From NCBI GenBank assembly GCA_043228905.1, contig JBHGNT010000010.1, positions 13,516,001 to 13,580,000 of the forward strand: a stretch of DNA of 64,000 bases, read 5' to 3'. The first letter of the stretch is position 1; every line of letters begins with the position of its first letter. This DNA is from Azolla caroliniana. Taxonomy: Eukaryota; Plantae; Polypodiophyta. The notes beneath the pieces were generated by a model, which saw only the letters and a program-made list of their open reading frames with translations, was not told where the DNA came from and searched no databases. This document shows positions 11,185 through 23,539 of the stretch, in pieces. Made by a program: the position numbers and the translations under genes.

Positions 11185-14100
11185 CAGATCGAGTGAATCC
11201 GGATGGATCCAATGCAAACCGGATCCAAGAACATATGTGTAAATATGTTTCATAGTGAGCCCATCGAGGCTATATTTGTAAATAGCCCTAAATTCATATA
11301 AGTATAAATATGACTTAGGCCAATCACTTTAGGTGTGATGAGAGTTGTTGACAGATTGTGTACACAGTGAATGAGAGAGAAAGAGAGACACATAGAACGA
11401 GTTTTCTGTTGTAACCGCCGGTTAGCAAAGACATAGAGCTTGAGGTCATTGCTTTTGAGTCTCACATTGTATTCCTCCTCTCATAGTGATAGTTGGAATC
11501 TATTGGCTCCCGTGGTTTTTCCCATTTAGGGTTTTCCATGTTAACATTCTATGTCATCTAGTTGTTAGTTTGTCTTTCTTCCATTCGTTGTTTAAGCCTC
11601 GGTTGTGGCCGAGTGCTATTTTCCACTCAAATTGGTATCAAAGCGAACAAAGGAAATGGAAGAATCCTTCGGCGGCATGTTCATGCTCACCAGCTCCAAC
11701 TACCTAGTGTGGAAGTTGAAGATGAGGGACATGCTTGTGGTCAAAGATCTCTGGCTGCTGGTACAGTTCGGGGACAAGAAACCGGACAAGATCAATGCCA
11801 CAACATGGGAGGTGATGCATATGAAGACAAGGCGTACATTCTGTGCTTCATCGACATGAGCCTATATAACAACTTCAATGAAGAAAATAAGGCTAATGTG
11901 CAATGGGAAAAAATCGGCACCATGTTGGAGACTAAAAACGTCGTAAATTGGGTTTCGGTATTCCGGAAGTTAGTGAGACTCCAGTACTAGGACGGATACA
12001 GCATGGCAGAGTGCATGAATGCATTTCAGGGGCTCATAAACCAAACAAATTTGCTCGAAGTACCTCTAGGCAACGAGGTACTTGCATTGCTCCTGCTTGG
12101 TTCCCTCCCGGATAGTTGGGAGACGCTAGTTGTCACTTTGGGCAACATTGGGCAATGTTGGGCCGGAAGGAAAGCAGTTGTCCCTAGCAAGGGTAAAATC
12201 AAGCTCGCTAGATGAAGAAGCTCACCGAAAGGACCGGGAGTCCGGAACCGATCCGAAGGCCTTTGTCACGGAAGATGACCATAACCGGGGAAGAGGCCGG
12301 TATCGAAGTCCCCAAAACTGGGACAAGGTCGAAGTCAAGGTTGAAGTCAAGGGGGAGACCTACTTGCTTCTATTGCTTCTATTTCCGAAAAGAGATAGGA
12401 ACCGACAATGCCGATTCGAAGAACGGTTTGGACCGAAAAGGCCAAGATCGGAAGGGAACGTCGGCCATCGCGACAAGTGAAGAAGAATTGATGCTCATTA
12501 CCGAGGAGAATGAGTTAAACCTGGTCGGTGACGAGACAACGTGGGTTGTTGATTCCGGAGCATTGTTCCATCTGACACCGGACTAGAAATGCTTCTCATC
12601 CTACACAACTGAAGATCACGGTTGTGTCCGGATGGGGAATGAAGGTACCTGCCAAATCGTCGGCATAGGACATGTGTGGTTGACGACATCAACCGGATGC
12701 AAATTGTTGCTAAAAGAAGTCTGACACGTTGCAGAGGTTCGTTTAAACCTAATATCAGTCGGTCGGCTAGATGATGAAGGCTACATGAGTAGCATTCGGA
12801 ACGAAGTCATGAAATTCAGCAAAGGAAGCCTGATTGTGGCTCAAGCTCGGAAGATCAACACATTGTACCTAATGCATGCCCGGATATGCCGGGAAGAAGT
12901 GAACGTAGCATCCGACAATGTTGGTGAGTTGTGGCACAAGAGACTGTATCATATGAGCCAGAAGGGGATCAGAAGACTTGCCTAAGATAACCTCATTGTG
13001 GAGGTGAAAGATGTGCATCTTAAGAAGTGCACCGACTACTTGGCTAGCAAGCAAAACCGAACCTCCTTCCGGTCAAGACCACCGATGAGACAAAATGCAC
13101 CACTACAGCTGGTGCATATCGATGCGTGTCAAGTCAACACGAAGTCACATGCCGGATCGCAGTACTTCAGAACGTTCATAGATGACCACAACCGACAGTT
13201 GTGGGTCTCACCGCTGAAGAGAAAGGATCAGAGGCTATCCGTCTTAAAGGAGCTCCGCGTGAGAGTGGAAAGAGAAACCGACCAGAAGCTGAAAGCGGTT
13301 TGAGCAGATAATGGAGGAGAATACCGGGGGCAGTTCGAGGAGTACTCTCGGTCAAAGGGAATCCGGCTCGAATTTACCATGCCGAAGACGTCGGAATTGA
13401 ACGGGTTGGCTGAACGGATGAATTGAACCATAATGGAGAGAGTCTGAAGCATGCTAGCACATGCCAAGTTACCCAAGACATTTTGGGCTGAGGCGCTGAT
13501 GACGGCGACCTATGTGGGAAATAGATCACCCTCAACACCCTTGGAAGGAGACTCACCGCAGAAAGTATGGACTGGTAAAGATGTATCTTACCGGCATATG
13601 AAGGTGTTTGGATGTCTCGCATATGTGCATGTCGCAAAGGACAAGAGAGAAAAGTTGGATCCGAAGACACAGCCATGCATATTACTTGGATACTTCAATG
13701 ATGAGTTCGATTACCAGGTGTGGGATCTGGTTGACAAGAAGGTGTTCCGGAGTCGAGACATAGTCTTCATTGAAGACAAGACCATTGCCGACTGGGAGTC
13801 GGAGAAGAAGGTGATGAACTCTGGATCATCCAATGAAAACCGGCTTCAGGACACAAGGACTTACCCAGTTGAAAACCGAATGTTAGCCAATAACCGGATG
13901 ACACTTGACGAATAGGCCGAATTCGGACAAGAAACCGAACCGACCGAAGAAGAAGAAGACACCGGAACCAGACGAGATCCCGAATCGGATGAGGATGAGG
14001 AACAAACCGAGGAACCGATAGTCAGAAACCAAGGACGAAGATACCCTCTCAGAGAGAGAAGAGCCTCCCAGAGATTTCCGGATGCAGAGCATGTATTGCT

Positions 14101-16202
14101 GAATGATAAGGGGGAGCTTGAAAGCTTCGAGGAAGCAGAGAAAGACACCCATAGCCGCAAGTGGCTGAGAGCCATGCAGGACAAGATGGATTCCCTGCAT
14201 GAGAACCACACATACGAACTAACGGAGTTGCCGAAAGGAAAGAGGGCACTGTGGAACAAGTGGGTGTACAAGCTGAAACCGGGAGACACCAGAAATCCAC
14301 CAAGGTACAAAGCCCAAATCGTGGTGAAGGAGTTCCAACAGAAGAAAGGAGTGGATTTCGACGTGATCTTTGCCCCAGTAGTAAAGATGACATCCATCCG
14401 GATGGCATTCAGCATAACGGCAAGCATGGACCTCGAGGTAGAGCAACTGGACGTCAAGACGGCATTCCTACATGGCGACCTCGAAGAAGGGATCTACATG
14501 CATCAACGAGAGGTATTTTAGAAGAAAGGGAAGGAGCACCTGGTATGCCGGCTAAAGAAGAGCTTGTACGGATTGAAGCAAGCTCCCCAGCAATGGTACC
14601 GAAAGTTCGTCTCCTTCATGACCGACCAAGGGTACCACAAGATGCAAGCTTACCATTGCATGTTTATGAAGAAATTTGTCAGACGTGACTCCCTGATACT
14701 CCTGCTATATGTGGATGATATTCTGATTGTCGGACGAGACCAAGTCAAGATCCAAATGCTAAAGAAGGCTTTGAAACCGAACCTTCTCAATGAAAGATTT
14801 GGGTTCGGCAAGACAGATTTTGGGGATGCACATCATCTGAGACTGGTCAAAGAAGTTGTTGTGGTTGTCACAGGAGAAGTACATGACAAAGGTGCTTCAA
14901 CGGTTCAACATGTCGGAGGCGAAACCGGTTGGATCGACACTTCCGGCAAATTGCAAGTTGTCCAGAAAGTAGAGCCTGAAGACAAAGGCAGAGAAGTCAA
15001 ATATGACGAAGATACCATATGCCTCCGCCGTCGGAAGCTTAATGTACACAATGGTGTGCACCCTGCCGGATATTCCTTATGCTATCGGAGTAGTCAGCCG
15101 GTTCATGAGCAATCCATGAAGAGAGCACTGGAACGAGGTCAAGTGGATACTCCGGTATCTGAAAGGCACCTCGAGTATGTGCCTCCTGTTTGGCTCCGGT
15201 AAACCCCAACTTGACGGATTCACGGATTTGGATATGTTGGCTGATGCGGATACCATACGGTTTACATCCGAATATGTCATGACTTATGCAAGGGGAGCTG
15301 TATCATGCCAGTCGAGGTTGTAGAAGTCCGTTGCACTGTCGACAATGGAAGCAGAGTACATGGCAGTTGTGGAAGCCGACAAGGAGATAATCTAGATGAA
15401 GGACTTCATCGAAGAGCTAGGGATCCGGCAGGAGGAATTCCGGCTCTAATGTGATAGTCAAAGTGTCATCCACCTTGCAAAGATATCACTGGCTCCAGGA
15501 CCAAGCACATCCAGAGGAGATATGACTGGCTCCAGGAGAAGGTAGAAGATCAAGACTTCGTGCTGACGAAGATCCACACAAAGGAGAACGGATCGGATAT
15601 GCTGACCAAGGTGCTTTCAATCGCCAAGTTGGACACGTGCCGAAGACGGATCGGATTAACGAGAAATCCCATGCCGGAATGAAGGGGGAGTTTGTTGGGA
15701 ATTCGGTCCCTCCTGATGGGATCCGGATGACAGCTAGACGAACCGGATGAAGGAAACGGATCCGAATGAGACCCGAAAACCGGATGGATCCGATGCAAAC
15801 CGGATCCAAGAACATATGTGTAAATATGTTTCATAGTGAGCCCATCAAGGATATATTTGTAAATAGCCCTAAAGTCATATAAGTATAAATATGACTTAGG
15901 CCAATCACTTTAGGTGTGATGAGAGTTGTTGATAGAGTGTGTACACAGTGAGTGAGGGAGAAAGAGAGAGACATAGAACGAGTTTTCTATTGTAACCGCC
16001 GATTAGCAAAGACATAGAGCTCGAGGTCGTTGCTTCTGAGTCTCACATTGTATTCCTCCTCTCATAGTGATAGTTGGAGTCTGTGGGCTCCCGTGGTTTT
16101 TCCCATTTAGGGTTTTCCACATTAACATTCTATGTCATCTAGTTGTTAGTTTGTTTCCATTCGTTGTTTAAGGCTCGGTTGTGGCCGAGTGCTATTTTCC
16201 AC
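11185..16202 (+). mobile_element. Ty1/Copia element C (Tnt1/Tork-like), degenerate; partial 5' LTR 11185-11629, 3' LTR 15693-~16202
   Basis: PBS TGGTATCAAAGC 11633-11644; PPT GAAGGGGGAG 15681-15690; matching LTR copies; gag-pol fragments collinear with the intact element at 25944. Confidence 0.92.
11656..15682 (+). pseudogene. Copia C gag-pol with many stops and frameshifts
   Basis: WVVDSGA protease, LWHKRL GAG-pre-integrase, FWAEA integrase, LDVKTAFLHG and LLLYVDD RT motifs. Confidence 0.92.
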
Positions 16203-16534
16203 CGGGCCTTGACTATGTCAACTACACTGATGTAGGCGAACAAGCACTCATGAAGAAGCTATGGCCGCAACGGACGCCGAAACATGGCTCCAAGCCATGA
16301 AATCCGAAATGGACTTGATTCAAAAGAATCAAACATGGGAGTTGGTCGAACTACCAGCTGGAAGAAAGCCGCTACCTTGCAAATGAGTTTTCCAATACAA
16401 ATATGTATCTGACATAGAGAAACCCAAGTACAAAGCTCGGCTTGTCACGAAAGGGTTCAAACAAGAACATGGGGTCGACTATGACGAGATCTTCTCACCA
16501 TTAGTCAAGATGACCACCGTCCAACTCTTACTAG

Positions 16535-16949
16535 TGTCAGGAAAAGTACTAAAGCAGAGATGGAATTAGTACTAAGAAGAGCAGTACTATTAGTACTAAG
16601 AGGATGGGACTGCGTAAGATTCCCAAGAGAGAGGAAGCGAGAAGAGGAGAGAGAGAGATAGGATGATGACAGCAGCTCTTATATTATATGAAAGATAAGT
16701 ACAAATCGGCTTAAGACTGGTGTTGAACCAATTTGGTTCAAAACAATGCCTTTGCCTCCTTTTATAGTGTTTTTAGGAATAATCCTGAAGCTTCTAGAAT
16801 GTTCCAGAGAGATCTGGAATATACATCAATTTTCTATGATAACACATAAATGAAAATAATATCCTACAAATTACAATTCATAGTCTAATGGTAAGAGCTC
16901 GACCCATGTAGCATAAGGTCATGGGTTCGAGTCTTGCCATATCATGACA
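16535..16949 (-). repeat. 3' LTR of chromovirus 2
   Basis: Near-identical to 21736-22158; TG...CA termini. Confidence 0.95.
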
Positions 16950-16960
16950 CTATCTCCTCC

Positions 16961-19900
16961 TTATAGACGACGAGTGGAACGAGTCGGCGCTAATTGCGGA
17001 CCGGGTTTGTCCGAATACTTTCGGTGGAAATCAGCAAGAAGATCCTGAGCATTGGCAACATGCTCGACGGGTTCCCAAGTACATTCGCTCGGACTATAAC
17101 TGAGCCAATCGACCAAGTAATAAATTTTGTTGCGAACAAGTTTGGAATCGAGGATGGCAGCAACTTCATACTCCGGGCCGGCGTCCAACTCCAGCGGGGG
17201 CGGCGGTGGTGTCACACGATCGGGAATGGTGTTTGCTTTATAAGATTCAAGAAGAGAACAATGGAAAACCGGATGTATCTGAAGCTGCGGAGGGAGATCA
17301 AGGCGGAAGGTGACATCATTAATCTTACCCGTAATACGGAAGAGACCGAGTCGTCGATAATCCAACTTGTCGCACGGTCGAGTAGTCTTGATGTGACGAC
17401 GTAAGAGCCATACTCGATCTCCGATGGCAAAAGAGCAGGGAATCCGATGACGATCCGCATAAGTCTTCTGTGTGTGTTGAGCATGACGAAGGTGAGTAGA
17501 GAGATCCATCTGGATCTTGCGTAGCCTCTCCAAATGATCCTCGGCACAAGGGTTGGTAGGTAGCTCCGGAGTATCGATCACCGACCAACGAGGATAGAAA
17601 CCGATATAAGCGAAAAATGGGGAGACCCGAGTCGAGGAGTGAATAGCATTATTATACGCAAACTCCGCAAAGTGGAGAATCTTGGCCCAATCGTCCTGTT
17701 GATAACTCAGGAAACACCAGAGATATTGCTCCAGCGTTTGGTTTGTTCGTTCCGCCTGCCCGTCGGTCTGAGGATGGTAGCCGGAGGAGAGGTTGCAGGA
17801 GACCTTGAGCATCATGAAGAGATGTTGCCAAAATTCGGAGACAAATTGCGGGCCTCGGTCACTGATAATACTGTCTGGGAGGCCATGATGCTGAAATACC
17901 TCACGCATAACAAGAGCGGCGGTTTCCTCGCTAGTGATGGCTTTAGTACACGGCACAAAATGTGCCATCTTCGTGTATCGATCGACGACGGTTAGGATAG
18001 CATCGAACCCCTTCGAGACCGGCAAATCTGTGATAAAATTAAGACAAATAGACTGCCACGGCTTACTTGGAATCGGTAAGGGTTCCAACAAGCCATATGG
18101 ATGGTGTCGTGGCATCTTTGCTCGGCAGCAAGCATCACAGGTTCGAACGTAGTCGTCGACAAAACGGCGCAAGTGGGGCCACCAAAAAGATCGCTGCACT
18201 AGCTCCAACGTCTTAGTACTATCGAAATGTCCCACCGTATGGGTGTCGTGACAATGGTGGACGATTTGAAGGCGACAGGAGCAATCGGGGACATATACGC
18301 GCTTTTTAAAGAATAACAAACCATCATGATATTCGAATTATCGGTAGTCAATACCTGGTTGTTGAGACTGAGAACATGATGCCTGAGAAGTATCGATGTG
18401 CGCCAGGATGTCTTGAGCAAAACTATCCGTCTTCAAGGTTGCACGTATGTCATCAGTAATGCGTGAATCCATCGGGGTGTGAAAAATCCGCGTCGTGTGC
18501 AATCGTGTTGGTCCCAAGATTACTTGCTTTTGATTATCAAATGTTGCTTCACCAGGACGAGGTGCAAGATATGAATGCCGTGATAGTGCATCTGCTTTTC
18601 CTTGCTGCTTCCCCAGTCGATATGTGATTTTGAAGTCGAAACGCGTGAGGAATTGCCCCCACCGAGCTTGTCGTCGATTTAGTACGCGAGCGTTCTTAAA
18701 ATAAGCAAGATTTTTATGATCGCTAAAGACAATGACCTGATGTGGAGAGACCTCTAAGAAATGCCGCCAGAGTACAAATGAATCCACGATGGCTAATAAC
18801 TCCTTGTCATGTATTTCGTAGTTGATTTCTGCGACATCGAATTTGCGCGAATGGAAAGCCACCGGATGCAACTCTTCTTTATCGCCTTGTTGAGAAAGGA
18901 TGCTACCGAGGGCGAAATCTGATGCGTCGGCCTCCATGATGAATGGTTTGCTTGTATCCACATGAGCTAGAATCGGTGCTGATGTAAAGGCTTTCTTAAG
19001 ATGTCGAAAAGCCATATCTGCTTCTATGGACCAAAGAAATGCTTGGCCCCTCTTCGTAAGTTGTGTGAGAGGTAAAATAATCTTCGAGTAATCCTATATA
19101 AACTTACGGTAGAAGTTAGCAAAACCTAGAAAACATTGTACATCTCGTACCGACCGTGGAATTTGCCACTCTAGTACAGTTTGGATTTTAGCTGGATCCA
19201 TGGCGATGCCCTTTGAGGAGATGACGTAGCCTAGAAATTCCACTTGCTTGCAGTCAAAGCTACATTTTTCTAGCTTGGCATAAAGACCATTCTCGCGGAG
19301 TCGCTTTAGTACTAATAGTACATGAGAATCGTGCTCTTCCTGGGTCTTCGAATAAATGAATAGATCATCCAGATAAATGATCAAACAGATATCCAAGAGA
19401 TCTCTGAATATATCATTTGCCATGTGTTGGAAGACTGCGGGTGCATTGGTTAGGCCAAACGGCATAACAGTATACTCGAAATGCCCATACCGCGTGCGAA
19501 AGGCGGTCTTCCACTCATCTCCCGGTCGGATGCGCACGAGGTTATACGTTCCTCGTAGGTCGATTTTAGTAAAAAACTTGGCACCATTAACTCGCTCTAA
19601 AAGACTTGATATAAGAGGAAGTGCATACCTATTCCGGATGGTGACTTTATTCAATCCGCGGTAATCAACGACAAGACGAAGTGAGCCATCTTTCTTCTTG
19701 ACAAAGAAGATGGGTGCACCGGCCGGAGATTTCGAATGGCGGATGAACCCGCTTGCCAAGTTCTCCTCTATGTAGGCTCGAAGGACTTCTAACTCGGTGG
19801 GTGACAAGTTGTAAATTGGTCCCCATGGTGGCTCGGTTCCTGGTTGTAAATCGATGGGACAGTCATAGGGACGGTGATGAGGAAGGGTACCGGCTTTTAC

Positions 19901-20443
19901 CTTGTCAAATACATCGGCATAAGGATGATATTTTTTTGGAAGTTGTACTGAGGAGTCCTTCTTAATAGTGCTGGAAGGATGTACTGATATTGCAAATAGG
20001 AACATTGCCTCCTTGGGTCCTTCTTCGCGTAGTTGATGGAGTGAAATGGTTGAAACTTGGTGAGTTGATTCTTGGGGTGGTCGATACCGGACTTCTCTTG
20101 TTCTCCAATCTATGGCTGGATTATGTAATTCAAACCAAGGTAATCCTAGGACAATGGGATGCTCTGGACTACTAATTATATTAAATGATATTACACACAC
20201 AAAACTACCTAGGACAACTTGAATGGGTTCTGATTCTTCTACAATATTCCCGGAAGCAATGGGACGACCATCAATGACTACTACAGATGCGGGACAAGGA
20301 AGTTTTCTTAAGGATATCTGAGAAGCTTGGGCAAAATTTCGATCCATGAAACAGGAATTAGCTCCGGAATCTAAAAGTGCTAGGACGGGTACTGGGGGAG
20401 TACTTTTAGTACTAACAATGACTTGGGCTAGGAATGGAACCAC
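16961..20443 (-). pseudogene. Chromovirus 2 pol (protease LLDSGA, RT YLDD, RNase H, integrase, chromodomain) with two in-frame stops
   Basis: ORFs 19094-20443, 18338-19015 and 16961-18319 share one frame. Confidence 0.95.
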
Positions 20444-20503
20444 TAATGGGCTGTACAGATCTAGGGTTGCTGTCCAACCAAACGGCTCCTATTTTGGTTG
20501 GAC

Positions 20504-21661
20504 TCAATCGTTTAACTCTTCATCTAATTGACTAAGGATTTCAAATTTATTTGAGATACTTGGGCTATTAGTACTATGAATACTATCAAACACTCTATTA
20601 GTACTATTAATAATATCAGACACTCCTAAGGGAAGAATTGACTCGGGTTTAGTACAGGCTACAATTTGATTTACTTGTCTTCTTGGCCTATGGGGACAAT
20701 TGATTGCGATATGCCCTGGTCTACCGCAATAAAGACATAATCGATTTGCACGTCGGCGTTGCTTTTCTTCTTCCGATAACGGGCCGCGTCGATGCATGGT
20801 ATCGATCTCCATCGGTGTCGAAGTATTTGCTTGAGGTATGTCTCGTGCAAACGGTCTAGCCGCGACTGCGGCGTAAGTGGGCTCCGGCCTAGCGCGTGGT
20901 ATCTGTAATTGACGTTCCGAACGCCGTTCGAAAAGGCGGTTGTCACATCGGACCGCTCGACTGATTGCCTCCGTAAGAGACTTTGGTTCTTCGGGGAAGG
21001 TTAGAAGTAGATCTTTGACATCATTTCGCAGGCCAGAGCGAAACTGCTCCATTAGTGCTTGATCATCCCAGGGTATGTCGGAAGCGAGTAGGCGAAAATC
21101 CGCAGCGTAGGCAGAGGCTGGACGATCGCCTTGACGCAATCGCCAGATCTTGTTGATTGCCGTCCTGATGCTATCGGTGTCTCTAAAGCAGGCTTTGAAC
21201 TCACTAATAAAATCTTCAAAGTTATTAAGCAAGGACGATTGTTTTTCTAGAAGCGGAGCGAACCATGCTAAGGTTGAGCCGCTAAGCAACGTGCATATTA
21301 AGCCGACTCGGGATGCATCAGTGGGGTATCGGGAAGGATGCATTTGGAGGACTAATCGTACCTGATTAAGGAATCCCCTGAATTGCGATCGTGTTCCATC
21401 AAATTTCACAGGAAGTCCAATCTTCGGCTCTTTATGAAATCCTTGGGGACTTGATCCTTGTTGTTGCAATGCCGCTTCGAGTTGTTGCACCCGTAACGCT
21501 AACTCCCCATGTTGTTGCTGCGTTTGTTGCTTTTCTAGAGCTATTTGTTGCAGATCCCCTATCAGCTGTTGGTTTTCTTGTTCCAGGGCAACAAACTTTT
21601 CTTTTAGGCACTGTAACTCGGAGAAAACGGATTGATATTCTTGGGCGCTAACAGTAGCCAT
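20504..21661 (-). CDS. Chromovirus 2 Gag (coiled coil, retrotransposon gag domain, CCHC knuckle)
   Basis: ATG at 21661 (MATVSAQ...); FDGTRSQFRGFL...LRQG..ASAYAADF; CLYCGRPGHIAINCP. Confidence 0.9.
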   Translation of the reverse strand: MATVSAQEYQSVFSELQCLKEKFVALEQENQQLIGDLQQIALEKQQTQQQHGELALRVQQLEAALQQQGSSPQGFHKEPKIGLPVKFDGTRSQFRGFLNQVRLVLQMHPSRYPTDASRVGLICTLLSGSTLAWFAPLLEKQSSLLNNFEDFISEFKACFRDTDSIRTAINKIWRLRQGDRPASAYAADFRLLASDIPWDDQALMEQFRSGLRNDVKDLLLTFPEEPKSLTEAISRAVRCDNRLFERRSERQLQIPRARPEPTYAAVAARPFARDIPQANTSTPMEIDTMHRRGPLSEEEKQRRRANRLCLYCGRPGHIAINCPHRPRRQVNQIVACTKPESILPLGVSDIINSTNRVFDSIHSTNSPSISNKFEILSQLDEELND

Positions 21662-21721
21662 AGTAGAGGGAAAAGGGTAGGAGGATGAGGGAGAACGACA
21701 AGTAGGCTGGAGGAAAGAGGA

Positions 21722-21735
21722 AAATTGGTTCAAAC
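21722..21735 (-). other. Self-priming PBS of chromovirus 2 (not tRNA-complementary)
   Basis: GTTTGAACCAATTT follows the 5' LTR and is 12/12 complementary to AAATTGGTTCAA (21943-21932), 32 nt downstream of the TATAAAA box (21975-21969). Confidence 0.85.
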
Positions 21736-22158
21736 TGTCAGGAATAGTACTAAAGCAGAGATGGAATTAGTACTAAGAAGAGCAGTACTATTAGTACTAA
21801 GAGGACGGGACTGCGTAAGATTCCCGAGAGAGAGGAAGTGAGAAGAGGAGAGAGAGAGATAGGATGATGACAACAACTCTTATATTATATGAAAGATAAG
21901 TACAAATCGGCTAAGAGGCTTAAGACTGGTGTTGAACCAATTTGGTTCAAAACAATGCCTTTGCCTCCTTTTATAGTGTTTTTAGGAATAATCTTGAAGC
22001 TTCTAGAATGTTCCAGAGAGATATGGAATATACATCAATTTTCTATGATAAAGCATAAATGAAAATAATATCCTACAAATTACAATTCATAGTCTAATGG
22101 TAAGAGCTCGACCCATGTAGCATAAGGTCATGGGTTCGAGTCTTGCCATATCATGACA
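21736..22158 (-). repeat. 5' LTR of chromovirus 2
   Basis: Matches 16535-16949. Confidence 0.95.
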
Positions 22159-23145
22159 ACTAGGAGTCATGGCGACAGAAGACCGAGTAGCTGGATGTAA
22201 AGACGACATTCCTACACAGAGATCTAGAAGAAGACATCTACATGTCTCAACCGGTAGGCTTCACGGCGACGAGGGAGGAAAGTCACCTCGTATGTCAACT
22301 GAAGAACAGTCTCTATGGCGTGAAATAAGCGCCGAGGATGTGGTACCAGAAGTTCGACTCCTACATCAGGCAGCTTGGATATCGCCGATCCGACTCTGAC
22401 ACCAGCACCGCTTAGAACGCCGATCTGACTATCGGACAAAGACTCTCCTTCAACGGACAAGGAGAGAGAGCTTAATGGAAAGATGCCCTATGCATCGGCC
22501 GTAGGAGGTATCATGTACGCAATGGTGGCGACCCGACCCGACCCGACCTAGCCTATGTCGTACGAGTGGTCAACCAGTACATGTCAAACCCAGGACGAAA
22601 GAATTGGGAGGCCGTCAAACACATCTTCAGGTACCTAAGAGGGACTGAAGATACACAGCTGACTTTTGGACTGACAACCTCAGCCAAAGTCGAAGGCTAC
22701 ATCGATTCCGACTATGCCGGGAACACAGACAATCGGAAACCGACATCAGATTACATCTTCACCTATTATGGCGGTTCAATATCATGGAGGTCCAAACTTC
22801 AAGAGTGCACGGCTCTATCGACCACAAAAGCCGAGTACATAGCAACATCGGAGGCAGCAAAGGAAGCGATCGGGTTACATCGACGGTCTACCACCTTCTC
22901 ATCTACAAGCCGAATCGACTAACCAACGCCGACCATCTATTGCGACTCGCAAAGCGCAATTCACCTCATTAACAATCCCGTCTATCATGCAAAGATGAAG
23001 CACATTGAGGTACGGTATCATCACATCCGGGAGCTTATAACTGAGAAGAGGCTCGAAGTCCGGAAGATCGACACCGAGGTGAACATCGCGAATTGCCTGA
23101 CAAAGCCACTCCCAAATCAACATTTCAGAGCACTAAGGACAAAGA

Positions 23146-23523
23146 TGTGTTGGCCGGTCAAGGGCCGAAGGACAAGTGGGAAAGCCGAACCGGATATATG
23201 TATATATAGTATAATTATTATTAGAATTATTATTCGGAGGGACGGATCCGGTACAGTTGTGCCGATCCGGATCCGGACCGATTCGGAGCCGGTTGCCTAA
23301 AGGGCACCATTTTGTAATATTGTCGGATGCCTATAAAAGGATCCGGAAGTAATACGAATTATACTGGAGCACTTATTCTGTATCTTTGCATCTATATTGT
23401 CTTACCGTCTGTGCTTATAATCCTTATCTTACGCGTGTGGTCTAACATCCTAACCTTACCACCCCTTTGGAGAAGTGTTCGGAAGGACACCTGTGTTGTG
23501 GCTAGTCCGACCAGAAGGCAACA
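23146..23523 (+). repeat. 5' LTR of Gypsy B
   Basis: Direct repeat of 38216-38613 with an ~20-bp indel after the TATA box. Confidence 0.93.
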
Positions 23524-23529
23524 CTATTT

Positions 23530-23539
23530 TGGCGACCAC
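23530..23539 (+). other. Primer-binding site, probably tRNA-Arg
   Basis: TGGCGACCAC, 6 nt after the LTR; matches plant tRNA-Arg(UCG)-type 3' ends as recalled, not searched. Confidence 0.6.

Larger units (their letters stand above)
16535..22158 (-). mobile_element. Chromovirus 2 (Tcn1-like Ty3/Gypsy), full length, a few stops
   Basis: TSD ACTAG at 16530-16534 and 22159-22163; LTRs 16535-16949 and 21736-22158; PPT 16950-16961; gag, PR, RT, RH, INT, chromodomain. Confidence 0.97.

Noticed and set aside
16877-16949. Bona fide tRNA gene in the chromovirus LTR
   Set aside because: A and B boxes are present, but the acceptor and anticodon stems do not form; reported only as a tRNA-like promoter module.
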